Shown: positions 38,473 through 47,342 of the stretch, piece by piece
How the letters are laid out: every line of letters begins with the position of its first letter
Position numbering within the stretch: the stretch's first letter is position 1
Assembly (NCBI GenBank): GCA_038891055.1
Contig: JAWAEU010000003.1
Location: 26,856 to 90,855, forward strand
Length of the DNA: 64,000 nt
DNA from: Candidatus Anstonellaceae archaeon
GTDB lineage: Archaea > Micrarchaeota > Micrarchaeia > Anstonellales > Anstonellaceae
Direction: 5' to 3'
Program-made: the position numbers and the translations under genes
Notes under the pieces: generated by a model
The model's input: the letters and a program-made list of their open reading frames with translations, nothing else
Database searches by the model: none
What the model was told of the DNA's origin: nothing

Positions 38473-39681
38473 ATGGAAGATTTATTTGTTTTATTTATAT
38501 TTTTCCTATCTATATTTTTAATATTTTTTAGAAATTTATTTGGAAATATTGAGCCATGGAAAATAATGGCAAGTGCAGCCTTTCTTTTAATTGCTACTGA
38601 CAATATAACTATCAATCAAGCTATTGAGCAAATCGACTGGTCTGTAATTGGATTTTTGTATTTTATGTTTGTGTTTTCAAAAGGATTGGAAGAGAGTGGG
38701 TATTTAAATAACCTATTAGCAGAAATTTTAAGCCATTTTAAAAAACCTTTTTGGATTTTTTGCAGTTTTGTATTTTTAGTTGGGGTTTCAAGCGCTCTTC
38801 TTTTAAATGATACCATTGCTATTATCGGCAGTCTAAGTGCTTTATTATTAGCAAAAATAAACAATATCAATCCAACGCCTCTAATAGTAGCCTTAGTTAT
38901 TGCAATTACCATAGGAAGCTCTGCTAGCCCAATAGGAAATCCACAAAATTTTATTATAGCCTCATCGGATCAATTCTCAGGACACAATCCATTTATAATT
39001 TTTTTTGAATATCTCGCAATACCTACAATTTTTTCTTTGGGGTTTCTTTCTTTGCTTTTGTGGTATTTTTTTCCCTCTCTACAAAAACTCTCTAAAACCC
39101 CGCATAAAATTCCACCACTTTCTAATGACTATAAAGCAGCTAAAATTGGTTTTTATACCTTAATTTTATTATCAGTACTTAGAATATTTTTTAATTTTCC
39201 ACTGTTTTTCATAGCTTTTGGTGTAGCATTAATTTATTTACTACTCACTCCAAAAAAGCAAAATATATTTAAAGCCGATTTTAAAACTTTAATTTTTTTC
39301 ATAGGGATGTTTATACTGATGGGCTCACTATTTAATACTGCTGCATTTAAAAAATTTTTTAGTGGGAAAGAAAATTTATCTAATCCTCTTACCATCATTC
39401 TCTCAAGTTTGTTTTTTTCTCAATTTCTCTCCAATGTTCCATTTGTAATACTATACTTAAAAACAGCAAATTTTCTTTCAATAAACGAATTGATTTTATT
39501 AGCAGCTAGTTCTACTCTGGCCGCAAATATTACTATTTTTGGGGGAGCAAGCAATATAATTGTTTTGCAAACCATAGAACAAAACAAAATAAAATTTCCA
39601 CTAAAGGAGTTTGTGATCTTTGGTATTAGTAGTACTATTTTTTACTTTTTATTTTTATTATCTATTTTTAAATTTTTATAA
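38473..39681 (+). CDS. SLC13/ArsB/NhaD-superfamily anion permease
   Basis: SALLLNDT, GS..SPIGNPQN, SQFLSNVP, STLAAN.TI.G.ASN.IV. Confidence 0.88.
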   Translation: MEDLFVLFIFFLSIFLIFFRNLFGNIEPWKIMASAAFLLIATDNITINQAIEQIDWSVIGFLYFMFVFSKGLEESGYLNNLLAEILSHFKKPFWIFCSFVFLVGVSSALLLNDTIAIIGSLSALLLAKINNINPTPLIVALVIAITIGSSASPIGNPQNFIIASSDQFSGHNPFIIFFEYLAIPTIFSLGFLSLLLWYFFPSLQKLSKTPHKIPPLSNDYKAAKIGFYTLILLSVLRIFFNFPLFFIAFGVALIYLLLTPKKQNIFKADFKTLIFFIGMFILMGSLFNTAAFKKFFSGKENLSNPLTIILSSLFFSQFLSNVPFVILYLKTANFLSINELILLAASSTLAANITIFGGASNIIVLQTIEQNKIKFPLKEFVIFGISSTIFYFLFLLSIFKFL

Positions 39682-39778
39682 TTCCTAAACTTTTTTAAAT
39701 TTTTTGTGTGAGGAAAAGTATATAAATATGTTGTTATATATAATAATATAATGTGTTTATAATAATAAAGGTGAGACA

Positions 39779-40852
39779 ATGCAATTTTTTAAAAAGGAAT
39801 TAAAACCACTAAAAAAATTTAAAAACTCCACCAAAAAGGTTTCGTTATTTTTTAAAAAAGCCCTATTGGGAATCTCTCTAACAAGTTGTCTTTTGAACAC
39901 TAGTTGCTTTAGAGAATCTGATTCTATATTAATTGCCACAAATAACCAAAAAAAGCCAAAGGTTATTTTGAATTACAAAGAGCAAAGAGTTGCACTCTAT
40001 GACTCTGTTGAAAAAAAATATATTGTAATTGATAGCTCTATTAAAAAATTAAGGCCTCTGCCTGGATCAACTGATAGTACTTCCATATTTTTAGTATCTA
40101 TCCCAAAAGATTCTCTTCAAGCCTTAATAGCAATGAATGATGGTTCTGGTTGGGTTACTTATAAATTTTCTCCTAATCAACAAGTCGCTAACTCCTATTC
40201 TCTTTCCAGTATAGAAGCAAATAATGGAGAAAAAAAAGTAGCAGTGATTAATTTTTATTCTCACCAAAATCAACTTATTCTTAATTCAGTCCAATTATTA
40301 TCAATTGGCAAAAATAGTTTTACTATTTATAACATAAATCAAAATACAAAGACAATAGACTCAATTACACAACAAGTTAATATTAATGATATATTTGTCG
40401 GCCAACCTACTCTTCAGTTAGTACAATCTCAAGAAAAATGGATTTTATGTCCTTTTAATTATAATAATTCTTCTTCAATAGTAAATGGTTTTTATTTAGT
40501 GGATCCTGGCAATATTAAAGTAAATATAGTAGTACATTTAAATAACTCTATGAAGGCAATCCAATCACAAATTAATCTAAATCAACCTACAAAAATTGAA
40601 ATTTCTGATGATAGAGGTAACAAAGTTTATTTTGGATTAAAAATAGTAAAACTAATATATTTTTCAGCTATGGGAATTTTAGGCCTTGGAGAAAACCCAT
40701 CTTATTTTCTGCAAATTGATAATGTTTCATTAAATGGAGAAAAATTACAACCACCTCAGCAAACAAAGCTTTCAAATAATAAAAAAGAAGGATTTAATTT
40801 TGCAGATTACAAAAATCAACTTAATATTATTATAGATAAATTAGATAAATAA
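39779..40852 (+). CDS. Hypothetical secreted or lipid-anchored beta-rich protein
   Basis: Long basic leader followed by ALLGISLTSCLLNTSC; no family motif. Confidence 0.7.
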   Translation: MQFFKKELKPLKKFKNSTKKVSLFFKKALLGISLTSCLLNTSCFRESDSILIATNNQKKPKVILNYKEQRVALYDSVEKKYIVIDSSIKKLRPLPGSTDSTSIFLVSIPKDSLQALIAMNDGSGWVTYKFSPNQQVANSYSLSSIEANNGEKKVAVINFYSHQNQLILNSVQLLSIGKNSFTIYNINQNTKTIDSITQQVNINDIFVGQPTLQLVQSQEKWILCPFNYNNSSSIVNGFYLVDPGNIKVNIVVHLNNSMKAIQSQINLNQPTKIEISDDRGNKVYFGLKIVKLIYFSAMGILGLGENPSYFLQIDNVSLNGEKLQPPQQTKLSNNKKEGFNFADYKNQLNIIIDKLDK

Positions 40853-41007
40853 GAAAAGGTTTTAGCAAAAGGGAAAATTTGGGCAAACCCTTGGTAAAAT
40901 AGCCAACTGGTGCCTTCTGCCTTGGATCGCTTGCAGCCGTTGGCTATTTCTATCACCCCAACTTCTGCTCCAAATCCCAATTTTTGCTAAAACCTTTCTA
41001 TTTTTTT
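40851..41007 (+). ncRNA. Putative rod-shaped structured non-coding RNA, family unknown
   Basis: Nested inverted repeats: perfect 16 bp 40855-40870/40982-40997, and AAATAGCCAAC/GTTGGCTATTT; 64/150 G+C by hand count; followed by a T7 tract. Confidence 0.6.
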
Positions 41008-41086
41008 ATAATTTTTTGCTTTTTGTGTAATGGGGTAGTTTTTTATTTTTTATTGTATTATTTATTTTTGGGTAGGTGAGAAAAAA

Positions 41087-41494
41087 ATGAAGCAAATATC
41101 TGTAGTAGTAGATAGCCAAATAGGAAAATTAGCTGATATCTCTTTTATTTTAGGAAAATCTAAAATAAATATAGAATCCATTTCTATGGGAGAGGCTGCA
41201 GGAAAATCAATAATCCATTTAACTGTAAAAAACTATGAAAAAGCATTGGAATTACTCAAAGCAAATGGTTATGAATGTTATTCCTCAGATGTATTTTTAG
41301 TTAAATTAAAAAATTCTCCTGGAGAGCTGGCAAAATTAACTAAGCTATTGGAAAAAGAAAAAATTAATATAGAAAATGTTACTGTTATAAACCAAGATCA
41401 GGAAAATTCTCTATATTCTCTAAAAGTGGATAAGGCGCAGAAAGCAGAAAAAATTCTAAAAGCCAACAACTATTTAGTAGAAGAAAATATTTAA
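41087..41494 (+). CDS. Tandem ACT domain protein
   Basis: MKQISV....GKLA.I...LG...INIESI and L.N.PGELA.....L....INIE. Confidence 0.9.
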   Translation: MKQISVVVDSQIGKLADISFILGKSKINIESISMGEAAGKSIIHLTVKNYEKALELLKANGYECYSSDVFLVKLKNSPGELAKLTKLLEKEKINIENVTVINQDQENSLYSLKVDKAQKAEKILKANNYLVEENI

Positions 41495-41547
41495 TTTTTT
41501 GTAAATACAAATATAAATAAAAATAATTTGCTTAGTTTATTTTGTTC

Positions 41548-41619
41548 AGCCCCCTCGTCTAGTGGTAAGGACGTCAGGCTCTGGACCTGAAGGCATCGGT
41601 TCAAATCCGGTGGGGGCTA
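41548..41619 (+). tRNA. tRNA-Gln(CTG)
   Basis: AGCCCCC/GGGGGCT acceptor with A1-U72; TCAGG-CTCTGGA-CCTGA. Confidence 0.96.
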
Positions 41620-41626
41620 AAAAAGT

Positions 41627-41699
41627 GGGCCCGTGGTGGAATGGCTAACACGTCTGCCTTACACGCAGAAGATTCTGAGTTCGATTCTCAGCGGGCCCA
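41627..41699 (+). tRNA. tRNA-Val(TAC)
   Basis: GGGCCCG/CGGGCCC; TCTGC-CTTACAC-GCAGA; T-run downstream. Confidence 0.96.
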
Positions 41700-41766
41700 T
41701 TTTTTGAAGAGTTAAAAATATAAAGTTATTTTGATCAACTAAATAATTACAAGCCGAGGTGAAAAA

Positions 41767-41919
41767 ATGCAACTAAAAAATTGTAGTTCTTGTGGAAAAC
41801 AAACCAGACACTACGCCTTAATTTTTGATCCAAATTCAAATGGTTTTGTTATAAGGTGTAATCACTGTAGAGAGCTTTCTCTACCTTATACTTTTCCTTC
41901 TGGCCTAAAGGGCCCATAA
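41767..41919 (+). CDS. DUF1610/HVO_2753-like small zinc-finger protein (degenerate)
   Basis: Own translation MQLKNCSSCG...VIRCNHCRELSLPYTFPSGLKGP; GAGGTG RBS; conserved position upstream of EF-1beta and terminal GP. Confidence 0.85.
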   Translation: MQLKNCSSCGKQTRHYALIFDPNSNGFVIRCNHCRELSLPYTFPSGLKGP

Positions 41920-41941
41920 ATCTCTATTGCGGTGAGTAAAA

Positions 41942-42211
41942 ATGGGAGATGTATTAGTAAGATTTTCAATAATGCCAGATGATATGGAAAACTTTGATAA
42001 ATTAAAAGATAATGTTTTGAAAAAAGTCCAGTCTTTGTCATTGGTAAAAAAATATGATATAAAGGAGCAGGACATCGCATTTGGTATGAAATCTATTATT
42101 TTAAATGTAGTTGTACCTGATGATGCAGGAGGGGCTGATTTGTTAGAGCAGGAGCTTTCTTCTGTCAAACATCTCTCTTCTTTGGAAGTAACTTCTATGG
42201 ACAGATTATAA
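41942..42211 (+). CDS. ef1b: Translation elongation factor 1-beta
   Basis: MGDVLV...IMP, IAFGMK.I, GG.D.LE. Confidence 0.92.
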   Translation: MGDVLVRFSIMPDDMENFDKLKDNVLKKVQSLSLVKKYDIKEQDIAFGMKSIILNVVVPDDAGGADLLEQELSSVKHLSSLEVTSMDRL

Positions 42212-42219
42212 TAGTATTT

Positions 42220-44511
42220 ATGTTAGTTTCAATCCATCTTATAAATTGGAAGTCCCATAAGGACTCTAAGCTATCCTTCAAACCAGGCACAAATTTTATA
42301 GTAGGCAAGATGGGAAGTGGAAAATCTTCAGTAGTGGACGCTATTTGTTTTTCTCTTTTTGGAACATTTCCAAAACTGTCTAGGAAAGAATGTAGTCTAA
42401 AGGATCTAAGAAATTTCAATTTACAATCAAGCCAGACCACAGTAGAATTAGAATTTTTAGTAGAAGAAAACAATACAAAAAAAACCTATAAAGTCATACG
42501 AGATGTTTTTGATTCCAAGGCTTATCTTTATTGTGAAGAAAAACTGATTTGCAGCGGCACAAATTTTGTAAATTCACATATTGAAAAAATTATTAAAGTA
42601 AATTATGATTTATTTACAAAGGCAGTTTATGGAGAGCAAAACAATTTAAATTATTGGTTGGACCTCCCACCATCAAAAAAGAAAGCACAATTAGATGATC
42701 TGTTAGGTTTAAACAAATTTGAGCAAGCAAGAGCTAATTTAATTAAGTATCTGAATAAAAGATTAGAAGAGCTTGACCTCATTGAAAAAGATATAAACTC
42801 AGACCACTCCAAAAAAATTCAAGAAGAATATTTAGCTTATCAAAAAAAGCTGGAAGAAAAAAACAACGAATTATTAATCTTAGAGTCTAACTTTAGAAAA
42901 TCAGATGAAGAGTATAAAAAGATACAGCTGCTTTATATAGAAAAAAAGAAAGTTTTAGACAGAGTTTTAGATTTAGAAAAAAACCTTTTCGTTTTGAATT
43001 CAAAGAAGACTTTCATAGAACAAGAATTAAAAAAGATCAAATTAGAGGATGAAGCAGTTCTCTTGCAAAAGATAGCTCAATTAGAAGAAGAATTAAAAAA
43101 ATTCTCACAAGTTTTATTACATTTAAAGAAAGAAATTAAAGAAAAAATAGTAGAACAACAAAAGCTTAATTATCTTATAGAAAAAACAAAAGAGAATAAA
43201 GAAAAGTTTGAATATCTCAAAAAAAAGTTATCCTCTCTTTTAGGAAATTTTTTGTCTTCTGAAGAATTAGAAAAAAAGATTTTTGAAATAGAAAAGCAAT
43301 TAGAGATCTTAAGTGGTACTCAACTTTCATTAAAGGGAGAAATAGAAGAGCAAAATTTATTTTTAGAAAGATTGAATAAAACCTCTACCTCTTTTTGCCC
43401 CCTTTGTGGCCAGGAATTAGGACAAAAAACAAAAGAGAATTTAATTGCAACTTATACCTCTAAGCTATCAGAAAATTTAGAAAGGCTAAAAGAAACTTCA
43501 CACTCCTTTTCCAACCTAAACAATCAGCTAAAATCTCTAAAAACAAATTTGTTAGAAATAAAAAATATAGAAGGGCAACTAAGACAACTTTCTATTTTGG
43601 AGGACTTAGAAAATTTAAAAATTAAATCACAAGAATTAAATTCTTATATTTTAGCTAAAGAACAAGAACAAAAGAATTTAGAACAAAAAGTGCAATCAAT
43701 AGATAGAGAGTTATTTATATTAAAACAGACTTACAAAGAATTAGAAAAAAAGAAAAATTTAGAAAAAGATTTAGAAAAGACCGAAGAGGAGATTCAGAGA
43801 ATTTCAAAAGAATTAAATTCCTTATCATTCTCAAAAAAAGAGATTGATGACCTTTCAAAAGAATTAGAGAGAGCTTTAGAGAATAAAACTACACTAGAGC
43901 AGAAATTAAAGACGCAAAAAGAACTTCTGCAAAATCTACAACAAATAAGTTTTATATATAAAACTCAATTGGATGAATTAGAAAAAAAGAAAATAAGACA
44001 GGCAAATCTATTAGATGAAATAGATCTATTGAGGTCTTTTGAAAAGGTTTTAATAGCTACTCAAATACAACTTAGGGAGTATATCTTATTTAGATTAAAT
44101 AGTGCTCTTCAAATGCTCTGGCCTATTCTCTATCCTTACTCTGATTGGTCAAACCTTAGAATCTCTTCTTCTCAAAAAGGTTACTTAATAGAATTGTATC
44201 AAAATGATTGGAGGGATGTAGAAGTTTTTCCATCAGGTGGGGAACGTGCATGTGTAGCTTTATGTCTAAGGGTTGCTCTAGCACTTTTGTTAACACCATC
44301 TCTCAGTTGGATTATATTGGATGAACCAACGCATAATTTAGATAATAATGCAGTTTCTAGATTATCTGAAGCTCTTAATAATAAATTACCAAATTTAGTG
44401 AAGCAAATTTTAGTTATAACCCATGACGAGAGATTAGTAAATTTTGGTTATTCTCAACTAATTAAAATAGATAGAGAAAAAACTCAAAACTCCTTTAGTG
44501 TTATTTCCTGA
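42220..44511 (+). CDS. rad50: Rad50/SbcC-type SMC ATPase
   Basis: GKMGSGKSS, Q-loop, coiled coil with CPLCG zinc hook, SGGE, ILDEPTHNLD, ITHD. Confidence 0.88.
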   Translation: MLVSIHLINWKSHKDSKLSFKPGTNFIVGKMGSGKSSVVDAICFSLFGTFPKLSRKECSLKDLRNFNLQSSQTTVELEFLVEENNTKKTYKVIRDVFDSKAYLYCEEKLICSGTNFVNSHIEKIIKVNYDLFTKAVYGEQNNLNYWLDLPPSKKKAQLDDLLGLNKFEQARANLIKYLNKRLEELDLIEKDINSDHSKKIQEEYLAYQKKLEEKNNELLILESNFRKSDEEYKKIQLLYIEKKKVLDRVLDLEKNLFVLNSKKTFIEQELKKIKLEDEAVLLQKIAQLEEELKKFSQVLLHLKKEIKEKIVEQQKLNYLIEKTKENKEKFEYLKKKLSSLLGNFLSSEELEKKIFEIEKQLEILSGTQLSLKGEIEEQNLFLERLNKTSTSFCPLCGQELGQKTKENLIATYTSKLSENLERLKETSHSFSNLNNQLKSLKTNLLEIKNIEGQLRQLSILEDLENLKIKSQELNSYILAKEQEQKNLEQKVQSIDRELFILKQTYKELEKKKNLEKDLEKTEEEIQRISKELNSLSFSKKEIDDLSKELERALENKTTLEQKLKTQKELLQNLQQISFIYKTQLDELEKKKIRQANLLDEIDLLRSFEKVLIATQIQLREYILFRLNSALQMLWPILYPYSDWSNLRISSSQKGYLIELYQNDWRDVEVFPSGGERACVALCLRVALALLLTPSLSWIILDEPTHNLDNNAVSRLSEALNNKLPNLVKQILVITHDERLVNFGYSQLIKIDREKTQNSFSVIS

Positions 44512-44519
44512 TTTTATAT

Positions 44520-45257
44520 TTATTCATAGTATTTTTTATAATAATTTTTATATAGGTTAATTATTTTTTGTTTTTCTTTTTCTTCTTCAGTCTTATTTTC
44601 AAAAGATTTTAGATAGTGGTCTATATATATTTCTAGTTCTTTTTCTCTAACCAGGCCATTATTTTTTAAATTACATAAAAATAATGCAAATTCGTGATAT
44701 CCATCTTTAATACTTTTTGTTATTCTCAATTGTGCGGGGGGCCCAAATACAGCAGTGTTATCTGTAATTTTTTTATAAATGTTTGATAGAGAAACATCCC
44801 CTAAGGCAATCTGTCGTTCATGTAATTTTGCCAAATTAAAAATATATGAGCCAATAATTCTATTTTTTTCTTTTCTTCTTTTTTTGATACTCTGAAGGTC
44901 AAGGTCATCTACTACTCTATCTTTTAAGCCTATTAAGTAAACCTTTGAGGGGCGACTAAAATAATTTAGTTTTTCTATTTTTATTGCTGCGAGTGGTTGT
45001 AGAAAAATCTTTGCCAAGTAGTTGTTTTGAAATCTAAGTTCTCTCATCAATTCAAATATTGCTTGTGCTTGCTCTAAGCTTTGAGCATGAAAAAATACAT
45101 AAGTATTTTCTTTTTTTGTAATACAAAATCTTCTAGAAAGTTTTTTTATATTAAATAGTGGTATTTGGTATCTACTATTTATAGGATAGACTTCAAAATT
45201 GTTTATCTTTTTTTGTTTATTATTCTTATGGCTAAGCCTAAGGTTTAGTTTAGACAT
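44520..45257 (-). CDS. Hypothetical protein with kinase-like catalytic-loop remnant
   Basis: LAKLHERQIALGDVSLSNI; GGAGG RBS. Confidence 0.6.
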   Translation of the reverse strand: MSKLNLRLSHKNNKQKKINNFEVYPINSRYQIPLFNIKKLSRRFCITKKENTYVFFHAQSLEQAQAIFELMRELRFQNNYLAKIFLQPLAAIKIEKLNYFSRPSKVYLIGLKDRVVDDLDLQSIKKRRKEKNRIIGSYIFNLAKLHERQIALGDVSLSNIYKKITDNTAVFGPPAQLRITKSIKDGYHEFALFLCNLKNNGLVREKELEIYIDHYLKSFENKTEEEKEKQKIINLYKNYYKKYYE

Positions 45258-45344
45258 CTTCCTCCCAATTACCTTTATTGTAAAAAAATATTTTTAAATG
45301 GATGTTCCATCTATGGTAAAAAGAACAATTCTAAAAAAATTAAA

Positions 45345-47342
45345 ATGAAAATTTTTAAAGTTGTTATGAGTTATAAAAATATGAAATTTGCCTATGTTTT
45401 TATTTTTTTTCTATTTTTTTTAGAACTTTTACTATCTAATCAAGTGAATTCAAATTTTTTAGAATTGGAAAAAGTTTTTGATTGTATGAACTGCACTATT
45501 TCTTTTTCTCCGATTTCAGCACTTTATTTTAATGGTTTGGTATATGTTTTGGATAGCAAAAATATTATTTATGCCTTAAATAGCAACAACTCTTTGGAAT
45601 TTTCTATAGGAAGAAATCAGCGCTATGAATTTATATCCGAGCCTCTTTCTTTTTCAACAGATGGTAATTTAATTTATGTCTTAGATCGAGAAAACAAAAA
45701 AATATTTTATTTTCTTTCACCCTCTGACTATGATTATATTGAATTTAATCTCTATCCATCATCGTTTTCGCCTTTTTTGGTTTTAGATAATAAGTTTTGG
45801 TTTTTAAACAAAGACAGTAGTTTTATTTTAAGTTTCGACCCTTCAAAAAAGAGTGTAGAGCAATATCTTTCCAAGGGAATAGGGGATGGTAAAATAAATG
45901 AGCCTCTAGATTTTACTTTTGCAAATAATTATTTTATAATAGCAGACACAAGAAATAGACGGGTGGAGTTATTTGACAAAAATCTAAATTTTGTTTCAAA
46001 TATAGGTTTAGGGCCAGGGGTGCTTTTAGAATATCCGAACTCTATAGTTGCAGATGAAGATTTTATATATGTTGCAGATTCTGTATTAAAATCTATTCTA
46101 TTATTTGATTATGAAGGTAATTTAATAAAAATGATAAATTATTCTGATTTAAATGTTTCTGAAGTTTCTGACTTATTTTTAAATTCCTCTCATCTTTTGC
46201 TAACAAGTCAGAAGAATAAAAAGATTCTCTCCCTTAAAATATATAAAAATAAAATTAATTTAGATCTGTATGAAAGACTAAATAAGTTAAATGAGGATAT
46301 AGAAAAATTTTCAAACGATTACTCAATTTTATTTAAGCATGCACCGCCGTCTTTTTATGAGGAATTTAGTTTTTTAGTTGCAGAATTTAGAGATCTGCAA
46401 AATTTATTTGACCAGCGAAAATTTTATGAAACAGAAAAGAATATTCCAATCTTTGAGGAAAAGTTTAGTAGGTTTTCTCAAAATTTTTATAAGCAATTGG
46501 ATTACTCCCTTAACAATTCACTTGGGGATTTATTAATAAAGATAAAAAATGTCACCAATGGAAGCCTTGTTTTAAGTTTGAAGGAGTATTTGGATGGTTG
46601 TTATTTACTCTTAGAAAAAAAAGACTATCTAGCTGTTGCAAAAAATATTGAATTAATAGAAAAAAAATTAGCTAATTATTATAACTCTACAAAATTAGAA
46701 AAAGAAGTAATAGCAGAAAAAATAATAACTGAAAATCTAACTATTAATCCTCAAGAGGAAACCCTCAAGGAGCAATATGATTCTTTCTATGAAAAAGTGA
46801 TCAAGAAAAAACAAGATTTGATTAGTAGGGCTAATGCTTTAAATTATTCTCTAAATTTATTTGTTTTAGACCAATACATAAAAGCTGCGGAAGTAGCTAA
46901 AAAAAATTCAGACTATAACTCTGGCCTAAATTATCTTTTAGAAGCAGATACTTCTCTAAGTTCTCTATACGAAAAAATTTTAGAATACGAGCAGACTATC
47001 GAAATTCTGGACGAATACAAAAAAAATATTTCATCACTGATAAATTCTCCCGATTCATTTTCTATGATTAAACTCTCTAAGGCATATATAATAGCTCAAA
47101 CAAATTCTACCCTGGCTATTGAGGAGGCAAAAAAAGCTTTAGAACTCGCACAAAATGAAAACCAATTTATATCGCTATTTCCCTCTCCAAGAGTTTATGC
47201 TATTTTTCTTTTCTTGTTTATTTTGGGCTCAATTGTAATTATGGGTTTAATAATCTTTGCATTAATTAAATCAAGTTTAAATAAAAGAAAAAAACAACAA
47301 GCCGAGATAATCATCATAAAAAAGGCAAAGAGGCTAAGGTGA
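45345..47342 (+). CDS. NHL-repeat beta-propeller surface protein with helical stalk and C-terminal TM
   Basis: G.GDGKINEP.D, IADTRNRRVELFD, YP..I......YVAD; C-terminal TM plus basic tail. Confidence 0.82.
   Translation: MKIFKVVMSYKNMKFAYVFIFFLFFLELLLSNQVNSNFLELEKVFDCMNCTISFSPISALYFNGLVYVLDSKNIIYALNSNNSLEFSIGRNQRYEFISEPLSFSTDGNLIYVLDRENKKIFYFLSPSDYDYIEFNLYPSSFSPFLVLDNKFWFLNKDSSFILSFDPSKKSVEQYLSKGIGDGKINEPLDFTFANNYFIIADTRNRRVELFDKNLNFVSNIGLGPGVLLEYPNSIVADEDFIYVADSVLKSILLFDYEGNLIKMINYSDLNVSEVSDLFLNSSHLLLTSQKNKKILSLKIYKNKINLDLYERLNKLNEDIEKFSNDYSILFKHAPPSFYEEFSFLVAEFRDLQNLFDQRKFYETEKNIPIFEEKFSRFSQNFYKQLDYSLNNSLGDLLIKIKNVTNGSLVLSLKEYLDGCYLLLEKKDYLAVAKNIELIEKKLANYYNSTKLEKEVIAEKIITENLTINPQEETLKEQYDSFYEKVIKKKQDLISRANALNYSLNLFVLDQYIKAAEVAKKNSDYNSGLNYLLEADTSLSSLYEKILEYEQTIEILDEYKKNISSLINSPDSFSMIKLSKAYIIAQTNSTLAIEEAKKALELAQNENQFISLFPSPRVYAIFLFLFILGSIVIMGLIIFALIKSSLNKRKKQQAEIIIIKKAKRLR

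Noticed and set aside
40851..41007. SRP RNA, RNase P RNA or 5S rRNA identity for the rod element
   Set aside because: No SRP helix-8 CAGG-GNRA-AGCA motif, no RNase P P4 GAGGAAAGU/ACAGAA pair, no 5S CCGAAC. The minus-strand CCAAGGCAGA resemblance to 4.5S RNA is too short to count.
42220..44511. Rad50 signature reads FPSGGE rather than LSGGE
   Set aside because: The SGGE core and all other ABC-ATPase motifs are intact; likely tolerated variation.
45299..45311. Short palindrome ATGGA-TGT-TCCAT in a divergent intergenic region
   Set aside because: 5-bp arms, single occurrence noticed; not distinguishable from chance.
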